Shown here: positions 12,152 through 21,319 of the stretch, piece after piece
Numbering within the stretch: position 1 is the stretch's first letter
Layout: the number at the start of each line of letters is the position of its first letter
DNA from: Phoronis australis
Taxonomy: Eukaryota; Animalia; Phoronida
Direction of reading: 5' to 3'
Assembly: GCA_002633005.1 (NCBI GenBank)
Contig: NMRA01000033.1
Location: forward strand, 1,014,611-1,078,610
Length of the DNA: 64,000 bases
Translations under genes and position numbers: made by a program
Notes under the pieces: generated by a model
Databases searched by the model: none
Seen by the model: the letters and a program-made list of their open reading frames with translations, nothing else
Told to the model about the DNA's origin: nothing

Positions 12152-15100
12152 CTAAAACATTCAGTGAGAACGTTCACAACTGATTTGTCACCTTCCAATG
12201 TCAACTATGAACCATAAAATACCCTAAGTCTAGAGGGTAATGGTTTTGTTGACTTTTCGGCTCCATTTGTAACAGGCTATTACGCCTCTTTTAGGGAGTT
12301 AAAATGCAGAAGACATAGGCGAAGGAAATAAATAATGACAATAACAATAAAAGTAATGAAACTAAAAACAATAGCAATAAAAATGATAATTATAAAAACA
12401 ATAAATTTCTATGAAAAATATAATTCGCCTACATCTGCACACAAAAGAACTCATTTCAAAATGAAATTAAGAAAAAAATATCAAACGCATAATTAACGCC
12501 TTGAACTCTGTCCCTGCCTTGCACTATTTGAGTGTCATGGACACAATTGTTTTGGAAGGTTAGCAAAAATTCATCAGAACGGCCTTGTTCACCTCTCCAT
12601 TTAAGAAGCAGAAGACCAAGGCGACAAAGAATCCTTGAGTATCTCTTATCACTGTTGTGATCTGTGCCCACGTGTTTTCAGCTGGGTTGTCAGCGGGGAA
12701 GGAGTAGACTTGTACGAACAGCTGCAGTCCAAAGAGTGGGATAAGAATGAACGTGGCTTTCAATGCACGCCTGAAAAAGACATTCGATTTCTTGAATGAT
12801 TGAAGACATCAGGCACCCCTTCTACGAAAACTCTTTTAGCTATGACAAATCTCATCTTGACACGCATCAGTGTACTCTATAAGCCATGTACTGGTGTTAA
12901 AAAACAACTTCCTATACAAGTGAGTTTGCTCTCCAAAGCAACGTAATCTTGTTCTTATACTTTGTTTGAACTGGAATTGATTACGATAAAACGTTTGATA
13001 TCCCTCTGTCGCCTGAAACAGCCTGCTGTGAAGAGCAACTTAAAAAGGGTTTGGTCTGAAGCAATAGCGACTTCTCAGCTATTATGAAGCCTAAAGGTAT
13101 TGTTTAGTCTTAGGAAGGAACAAGATGAAATCGATTCCATAACGGTAAGTGGTCTAAATCGGAGGTTGGAAGACGCGGGTGTATTGCCGCTTTAAGACAA
13201 ATCAGAATGTTTCATGAACAATGAATAATGTTGCGATAGAAAGTTCATCTTATGTTCCTGCTTCGGTATTGTTGAATATTTTAGAAATGAAACTTGAAGG
13301 CTTTCATCTACTGCGCTGCTGTCGGTGCATTCTGAGACGGTTGCACATGTAGGGCAGTGCTGTAGTGGAAAATTAGATGTAAGTAGGCGCCCAAAGCCCA
13401 CCGTATCACCTTGAGCACTGAACGTAACTTACGGTGCGTAGGCGCTACGTTCAAATGCCAAAAGGTGGTTGGCTGCGCCTACGTGCGTCTACGCCCCACT
13501 ACAGCACTGATGTAGGCTCGTAAACATACATGTATGAACATACCAGACAGTTGCTGAACGTGTAACCAGCGGACAATCGTCCAATTTGAAGACCAAGAGC
13601 GCCGCAGACGTAATGCAAGCAAACCACATTTTAGCAACACGTGAATCATCTGATTAATTTGCAACCATGAGTATATCCATCGTGCGGTCGCAACCAATCA
13701 GAAGACAGACGTGTCAGTGGTCGTGTAATAATTTCTACAGAGCGACATTACTGCTTACTTGAAGCTTGATTGTTGATCCTGGGGGTGGCTGTGTAATGTT
13801 GCCATAACGAACAGGATACGCAAAAGGAATATCAGGTTCGCAGCGATGAACATAAGGTTTGGCGCGTAAATGACCCACTGTATCCAATCATATTCTCTGT
13901 CGCGAATGATCACCCAGCAACTAAAAAGTACAAGTCGATAGATGACGCTCTTAACCATCACGTGCATGCGCAATAAACTGGCTCAATTTTAATATGGTTA
14001 TTTTTAATAACGTCTTGGGTATTCAATTGTTAATTCAAAAAACGTTCAACACTAATGTAATAAGTGATTAATTGATGTTTGATAAAGCCAAGCATATGTA
14101 CATGTATAAGAGAATTAATGTTATTTCCCCGGCAAGTAGCCTACGTGTTCTAACTGTGACGCCACAAGTACCCGGCTATATGCACGCATTCGAGTCTATA
14201 GTACATGTATGTGCCTTTATGTGCATCTGCACTTGTATCCGGAATTTGGCGCCGCCCTCACCTACATGTGTAAAACCTGAGGAGAGTCATTGGTATTTTT
14301 AATAGTATTATGAGTGAATTGATCTATAGGTTACAAGATGGCACACCTCGGTGTGTATTCAGCAAACGTGTATTACAAATTATTACATGAAATAAAGTAC
14401 ATGTGCCACGAATGTACAGTACACACAGATTGACACATGGCACGTGCTTATACAGGGCTGTGTTTATACAATGTATGTGAAGTTTAGGCACATGCCCGTA
14501 AACTACAGTGAAGGCAAAATCATACTTACTCTGTGTCGGCATAGACCGCTCTCAAAACACTGTAAATTGTAACCGGTATGGCTGGAAAAGCTGAAAAATA
14601 TGAATTGCACTAGAACTGGGAGTATTTATTTGGTAAATGAGTGTAAAACGTAAAAAAATAGTTTTAATCTTGACCCCGTTATTGGCTTGACGCTACGTGA
14701 CAAACATTTGTCTCTCAGTACACACCAGCTGGCCTTCAATTACGACCTCGTCTGTTTATGTCTTACTTGAGGTTGAATGTTAACAAAATGGTGTTATCCA
14801 ATCGGAAAATTGTTCTCGTGAATATTAGCAACAGTGCAGCCTGCTGTATGACTCCTAAAGTTAGCGAGCGCAGATCATACTATTTTTAAGGCGCAACGCT
14901 CTCCAAATTACATATGTATGAAAACGTCTTGGTTTATATCAAACTTGTTGGTTGCTTGATAAATAATTAATCTTATTTCAAAGAAAAGCACCAACACACA
15001 GCTATGCAACACACTTAGTATATAATAAAGCTTACCCCATCCAAACACGTAGAGTGGAATTATCTTTTTGGGTGGATTAAGAGCGTTTGTGATCAGTCTG

Positions 15101-18100
15101 TGCAAATAGTAAGCCTCGCAAAACATCCACACATAGTTGTTACTGGTCGAATATAACTTGAGGGAAGACAACAGCTTGCATCCAGCCTGAAACAAAATAG
15201 GCACGTTGACTCTTACACCTTGAAAGAACCTTGCAGCTGAAGCACGCCACTATACTATCACCGCTATGCCAGACTCGGTCATAATGGAAACAGTTCCGAG
15301 TAACGCACGAGATAGAGCATGTCCACATTAGTTAACGTTGCGAAGTCCAACACGTACATGTACATGTACGGCAGGGTCCCGCAAATGTGGCAGAATTTCC
15401 TTGCATACGTACAACAACAACTGGACCGGTTTCCGTAAACGCATTACATTAGCCACGCACTTGGGGTGAGAAACCTATGCTTATGGAAAAATTGAATTTT
15501 TCCATAATTTGTGAATTGTATCCCATAACTCAGCATTCCAACCTCACCAACCAATCACTTCAATGGCCGCCATTTCGTTCGGTTACGCTAGCATGATCTC
15601 CAGTAGTTTCGCGAAACACTCACCTTCCCCTCGCGTGAGTTTACGTGGTCTTACATGATCTCGCTTTTCTTGCAAGAACTTCATCCGCGGAACGCTACCG
15701 AGACAAAATCTTATCAATATGTTCGCAGTGATATATCAATGCATCTGTTGCCGCCATGAATCCACACAATCACGGAGTATGCTTGAGAATTTCACCCGTA
15801 TTTGAGGCAAAATAACGCTGGTGTGATCAAAATTGGAGAACAACCAAACAATAGCAGTGAACATAAATCTATGAGAGGATTCCATTTTCGAATTGACGTA
15901 ATTTGTGTAAAGACCAAGTACTTCCAGCTACAAGAAAGTGTTACGAACAGACCCATGACATGGTAATAGGTTCACCTACCACCAGTCTTAGCTAATCTGT
16001 TCATGAGCTGGCTTGATGAAGCAGCTCTCAGCTCAACCAGGAAGTTCCACAAATGTGGACACATGGCACATGTACAATATACAAACAAGGCCTGAACGAT
16101 TAGGACACATTTCTTAACCAGCTATACAGCATAGCGCATACAATACATTGCATGATTTACTGAGGAAGTGGAGACTAAGAACAAGTAAAAACCCCGCCGT
16201 ACACCACGATAAATACAATTCAAGTACCGACCACGAGGGTACAGGATAGATGTGCTCCTTTTTCCAGGTATGGTGTGACACCTGAAGATGGTCGGAAAAA
16301 CGACCGGGAGAAACTAGCAGAAACGTCGAATAAATGGAAATACGCTAGAGATTGACGCAAATCGACCAATAGATAGAAAGTATTTGTGACACGTTAGAAA
16401 GGCAAATTAATACAATTCGGTTTGTTCATTTTCATAAATATTACCGGGGGGGTATATTTAACAAAATATGAGATCTACCACATAATGTTCTATCCTGCAA
16501 GCACCTTTCCCTGTCCGTTTTCAACAAATCATTGATCTGCATTGTAAATGTCCAAAGTTCTGCTTTCCTCAACAACTACAATGTACGCTTGTGGGTCAAA
16601 ATGGAGGACAATCGCAGTGTATATATTTTCCTGAGAACTCGTTAGTTACAATTAATAGTTCGGTTTATTATATTCTAACAAAAGTTAATTATTTGTTTAC
16701 AAGGTACTAATATTCCCACCTGCCGTGAGTTCCTTAGATTCCAGAAATTACCGAAAACGCAAGATCATGCTAGATTTCGCGAGATTATAGCCATGCACTA
16801 CAAGCAAAGCATGTGATGGAAGAGCTTTGTTAGCAAAATTCTTGCGTCTAAGGAACGCAGCCCCGTTGTGAATGAAACAACCAGAGTGGTGATGCCTCAC
16901 GTAGTACTGTGCACTACCTTACTCCCGTCGAGCACTAAGGGTCAGTTTAGGAGATTTTCAATGCGCAGCCAATGATCAGTCTTACAAGCCCCTGAAGATC
17001 CTCTGTTTTAAAGAGAAGTGTCTCTTCTTGTTAGAATTCTAAAGCATTTCGCGGACCAAGTTTCTTGCAAGTGAAACGACTATCCACGCAAGACCACGCA
17101 AAATCACTCGTATTCCTCAAGCTTCCCCGATGCTCAACCTTTCCCCGCTTTATCAAACTATTGGACTTACCGTGTTTTGTCTCATGAGTGGCGCATCCTC
17201 ACTGACGTTCGTCAGTAGATCGTAATGTAGTAACATGTTCCACAATATGATTACCACGTTACTGATGATGAACGATATGAAGAAGTTGATGTGGATTTTG
17301 ATTCGTTGCTGTAACCTTAACTTCCTGCAATGGAATTGTATACTTAATAATCAGAGACTACTTGGCTTGCGGTAAAAGAGCTGAACAAACTACGATTCAT
17401 ACATCGCACAAATTTGAAAAAATCATCTATAAAAGTACATCTCAACACAGTGAGGTCAACTGGTCAGTGTAGCACCATGCCTTTTCTTGTCATTGGTCAT
17501 AGAGATGACCTAGCAACTACCCACGAAAGCATAAAACATTTTACCGCAGTATATAATTCCTGTCATTAATCTGATAATCTGATCACGGAGGTTCAAGGTA
17601 CCGAAACTACACTGTTAACAGACTCCTAAAGACGGTCACGGACGCAAAAACGACTCACGTACCTGCAAACACCGTTCACTGACTCACAAACAGGGGATCA
17701 GACTCACAAAACACGATCCAAAATACCCGAAATACACGGTCACGGACTTACAGTCACGAAGCAAGGCGGTTAACGGACCGCCAAACACGCTAAACCGGTC
17801 ATCACCATCTTGAGGCTTGGGGACGAGGCTGATCCGGGAAGCCGATGAGACCATGACCGTGTATTTGTCATGCATATCAAAGTGAACCGTGTTTTGTGAG
17901 ACCGATTCCGTGTATGTGAGTCAGTGAAAGGTGTTTGCAGGTACGTGAGTCGTGTTTTTGCACCCGCGACCGTGTTCAGATAGTTCGTTAACCTTGTAGT
18001 TTAGGTACCTTGAGGTTTACCGAATATGTTTCTGTGGTTTCCCCGTGCGTTATCGCACTGTCGATAATTTACAATTTTTTGTCACTTTATCTGGCTATCG

Positions 18101-21100
18101 GAAACGGAAGAAATAGTGATTACCCCAATGTACTCTAGGTAGCTTCGCTAATAAACAATGAAGTTCACCCATTTACTTGTACTTTTTCCCGTCGGACTTG
18201 CCCCTAGACATGTATAACAATTGTACTTGTAAGATTTAGCGCCAATAGAAACTGCAGGGATCGTTTCCCTAGCATAACCGCCATGTTAACTCAAAACTCT
18301 TCGGTTTAGCAACTTATTCTTGTTCGACTAACCACAATAATTACTGATTTTATTTAATCACGGCGTGTCTACAGTACCTGAATCTCAGATAGACGATTAC
18401 CCCCGGGACGAGCGCAAGGAGACTGAGAATGTTGCAGCCAAGAGCTATGAAGACAAGCGTCTTACTCTGTTCTGTGCCTTCAATACATTGTATATAGTCG
18501 GTCCATGGGAAACCGTCTTTCTTGAGCCATGTGCCATTGTTCCAACACGTTTTGATGGCATAATCTGGAGGTTGCAACAGGCCAAGTTACTGGTTGCTAA
18601 ATACATGTAGATGTGCATTTGAATGTGAGGCACTCTTCCCGTAGTTCGTCCAAACATGATGAAACGTTTAACTTTATTCGGGTTAGAAAACTGCATAAAG
18701 TTACGCTTGAGAACTGTCTCATCTAGAAGGTGGTTGGTAAGGTCACTGTTACCAGCCCTGGCCATTTTCCCGTCAACAAATATATAAACGAGTATGTAAA
18801 GCGTGACTTGATTCTAATTTTAACTTAACTGTCCCATAGTGAATTACTAATTTTAGAAGGAGTATATTGGTTAGAACTGTCTTTGCAAAATAAATTCGAC
18901 ATTTTGATAGTTGACATTTGCGTGAACACAAATGTAAAACCAGCCGTGAGTGTCACTTTTATCAAACTTTCCTGGAATTTTCGCTGGAGAATTAGAAATA
19001 CGTATATGTCAAATCTCTTACGAACATTGGATTTTAGTGGCGACAACCTGGAAAGTTCGTGAGGAACGTTACAACAAGGTGACAACAACCCGGGAAAAAA
19101 CCAGAATTGATCTATAACGATCTTAAGGGTCACTAAGCGATCCAAGACAAAACTGCAAATGAACAATAACACAAGAGCCAAGGTGAAGGCGAGATTACTC
19201 ACTTGTCGGGCTACTGCGATGAATATAAGCTGGGCAGTTGTTTGTTGCCGTCTTGCCAGATGGCGTGTCTTTCCAACAGTCCCAACCGTCCCACGTCCGG
19301 CCGCAGTACTGATTACTGTCTTGGTCAGTAGGTGGCGCCCTCAGCTGGTCGTCACAGCATTCATACGCAGCTGGAGGTAACCGCTTACAAATGACATTTC
19401 TTGCTATCATTTTAGACGTTTTGGATTTGCTTATGTTCTCTACATATAATTCCTGGCAATACTCGAATAATAACGTAATAATAATTTGAATGAGCCCTCA
19501 ATTGTCTCTCTTGGAGGTAGAAAATGCATTGTACGACTGGCATCGGTACTTTTAAAAAATGTTAGACACTCCTCACACAAGGAAAGGGATAAGGCAATGA
19601 TCATTCAGCACTAAAAAAAATTCTCGGTGTCAGCACTGCAATTCAGTAAGCAAGGATACAAGTTTGCCTATTGACATCGCCGCAGTGATGTATTGCATAA
19701 TGCACTGTAATTAGGATACGAGATTGTGACTAGTACATTTGCATGTGAAGAAGCAGGACAAATGTTTGGCACTATTGTTCCATTGAGAATAAATGCCTTA
19801 ACAATGGAACTTCGCTGTTTCACGACTAGTCTTATTTTTTTGTCTATCATCTAGTAAAAATCGTTTCGACAACCCAGAAATTGTTTTCAAAATAGCAGTG
19901 GAAAAACGATAACTGTATGTTACTATGACAACAAAAACGACGTTTCTGGTGATAATATAGTGCCACATTTACCTCGATTAAGTAGTGGCAGCACATTTGA
20001 TTCTTGGTCCTGTGCTCTACCACCAAAGTTGTGTTAATTAGTGGACCTACGTACATGTACCAACCTGTGCAACATGAGCGCCATCTATTGCATTGTTCAT
20101 AGTTTAAAGTTCCACAGATTGGACGCCACAAGGTTTCGTTTTTCACGTCCGGCAGGTACTTGAACTGTTTGGTCTTGTTGTGGACATCAACCAAAACCAG
20201 GCCTCTGATGAGTGGATCATACAAAGGTTTGAGTGGAGCTCCGTCGAATTGGAACAAATAATGATAGCACATGGCACAAGTATGGATGTTAAAAATGGGT
20301 TTAGGAAACATCGACAGTCTTTCTCGACATTGCAGAGGAAGATTTCTCGTGGTCCCCACTGGTTCCTGAAAACAGCATTTTAATGTTAGTATGAAATAGA
20401 ATTATAACCTCTGAAACTGTCTCGGCGCCACTTTGCCAGGAAAACTGGCGGGAACTCAGTGGGCAAGAACTAACTCGGAGCCAACTTTGATGGAACGATA
20501 GTAAATTCGTCAGATTTCGTTTCCTAATTGCCAAATTTTACGACATTTTGCCTGATCTATGTACTGATAAATAACCTCAAGCGCACTCGAATAAGTTAAA
20601 TGAGAGTGCCTCGTTTCAAGAGGTTTTCGATTTTGTGTAGACTAGATAAAACGCGTTGTAAAACGTGATCGTCTACTAGGTGATATTAGTTTAATGAATC
20701 GGGAAATATTAGATTGACACAGAGTTTGGACTCTTCATATTCTTTTCCTAGTTAAGCATAGTTAGGACACTGGCATTAAAAGTGAAATCAAGGAGATATG
20801 TTTTTAAAACCTGAATATGTACGACGAGTGAGCTTGCGTATCGATATTGCAAAATGAAATTAACGAGTTGGTATCGCGATTACTCTGGTGTACAGTCATT
20901 TACATACATGACCGCTACTTGCATTGAACAAACATGACGTATTATTATCAGATTGAGAGCAATCCATTTTTCTTCTTTGACCACTTGAAATAGCGCCAGT
21001 AATACGGTAGAAGTTAATTGTTTGGCCGCTGTAGTCGTTGGATGGATGTAGGTTTTTTGACAGTGCATAATTTTCTACTAAATTTAGATCATTCACCTCC

Positions 21101-21319
21101 GCTGCTGAATTTCTTTACTCTTATATGAACTTGTCAAAGGAGATAAATGTTACTCAACTGCTAAATGATAAGGGGTACGAATAGGCTTACTCTTTACGAA
21201 ATATTACATGAACACAAAATTACACCAAGAATTCTCAGGAAATTACGTGCCTGAGTTGTGATTTTCGCGATAAGACAAAGTAGTGCCAATAAGGGCATCA
21301 GCCCGGACTGTTTATACAT
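11792..21319 (-). CDS. Calcitonin/CGRP-receptor-like class B1 GPCR 'B', ~596 aa: complement(join(11792..12151,12593..12770,13759..13920,14530..14590,15036..15186,17171..17324,18378..18564,19203..19370,20065..20365,21251..21319))
   Basis: Signal peptide; hormone-receptor domain (YCGRTWDGWDCW...CP...CWNNGTW...WTDYIQC); TM2 RIKIHINFFISF; TM3 YVWMFCEAYYLH; TM4 GWAFP; TM6 KATFILIPLFG; TM7 QGFFVALVFCFLNGEV. Exon phases are consistent and total 1791 nt with no internal stop. Confidence 0.92.
12593..12770 (-). CDS. GPCR B exon 9: TM6-ECL3-TM7 on a single exon
   Basis: tctttttcag|G CGT GCA TTG AAA...GGA GAG|gtgaac; encodes RALKATFILIPLFGLQ..TQGFFVALVFCFLNGE. Confidence 0.93.
13355..13509. mobile_element. 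hAT-type MITE (155 bp), copy 2
   Basis: Perfect 14-bp TIR CAGTGCTGTAGTGG / CCACTACAGCACTG; 8-bp TSD atgtaggg / atgtaggc. Confidence 0.85.
13759..13920 (-). CDS. GPCR B exon 8: ECL2 (CW)-TM5-ICL3
   Basis: ctttttag|T TGC TGG...TTC AA|gtaagc; encodes CWVIIRD..WVIYAPNLMFIAANLIFLLRILFVM. Confidence 0.92.
14530..14590 (-). CDS. GPCR B exon 7: TM4/ECL2 (61 nt, not in the ORF track)
   Basis: tatttttcag|CT TTT CCA GCC ATA CCG...ACA GA|gtaagt; encodes AFPAIPVTIYSVLRAVYADTD. Confidence 0.92.
15036..15186 (-). CDS. GPCR B exon 6: TM3-ICL2-start of TM4
   Basis: ttgtttcag|GCT GGA TGC...TGG G|gtaagc; encodes GCKLL..NYVWMFCEAYYLH..LYVFGW. Confidence 0.93.
15901..16185 (+). mobile_element. Degenerate Penelope-like retroelement RT fragment, antisense in a GPCR B intron
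   Basis: Frameshifted translation ICVKTKYFQ..YEQTHDMVIGSP..PVLANLFMSWLDEAALSS...FLNQLYSI...FTEEVE resembles the Penelope RT pattern (YF.F....Y.Q..G.AMGSPLSP.LANLFM ... FT.E.E). Confidence 0.7.
16282..16334 (+). ncRNA. Degenerate Penelope-type hammerhead ribozyme motif followed by a polyA signal
   Basis: CTGAAGA-T-GGTCG gaaaaa CGACC, then an extra segment, then GAAACGTC and AATAAA; ~100 nt downstream of the Penelope RT relic. Confidence 0.45.
16755..16860. repeat. Dispersed repeat family 2 (other diverged copies at ~26295-26400 and ~43503-43596)
   Basis: Shared pattern aaacgcaa.a.....ttcgcgagat...catg.a.ta.aa.c.a.gca.gtgat...tagc.t....cgagattct.gc at three loci, with aacgcaa/ttgcgt inverted ends. 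Confidence 0.5.
17171..17324 (-). CDS. GPCR B exon 5: ICL1-TM2-ECL1 (not in the ORF track)
   Basis: ttccattgcag|G AAG TTA...AAC ACG|gtaagt; encodes KLRLQQRIKIHINFFISFIISNVVIILWNMLLHYDLL...RQNT. Confidence 0.92.
17594..18012. mobile_element. 419-bp MITE with ~120-bp TIRs and a perfect 5-bp TSD
   Basis: CAAGGTACC.AAACTACA...TGTAGTTT.GGTACCTTG; inner arms gactcacgtacctgcaaacacc / ggtgtttgcaggtacgtgagtc; AGGTT on both flanks (17589-17593 and 18013-18017). Confidence 0.85.
18378..18564 (-). CDS. GPCR B exon 4: end of HRM domain plus TM1
   Basis: cctccag|AT TAT GCC...TTC AG|gtactg; encodes YAIKTCWNNGTW..WTDYIQC..IALGCNILSLLALVPGVIVYLRF. Confidence 0.92.
19203..19370 (-). CDS. GPCR B exon 3: hormone-binding (HRM) domain
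   Basis: ttacctccag|CT GCG TAT...CCG ACA A|gtgagt; encodes AYECCDDQL..YCGRTWDGWDCWKDTPSG..NCP. Confidence 0.92.
20065..20365 (-). CDS. GPCR B exon 2: extra Cys-rich N-terminal module
   Basis: gctgttttcag|GAA CCA...TGC ACA G|gttggt; encodes LQCRE..HTCAMCYHYLF..PICGTLNYEQCNRWRSCCT. Confidence 0.85.
21251..21319 (-). CDS. GPCR B coding exon 1: signal peptide MYKQSGLMPLLALLCLIAKITTQ
   Basis: Hydrophobic core after the ATG at 21319. An upstream acceptor tttatatttcag (AG at 21379-21380) implies a spliced 5' UTR. The donor is ambiguous (GC or GT, see findings). Confidence 0.7.
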
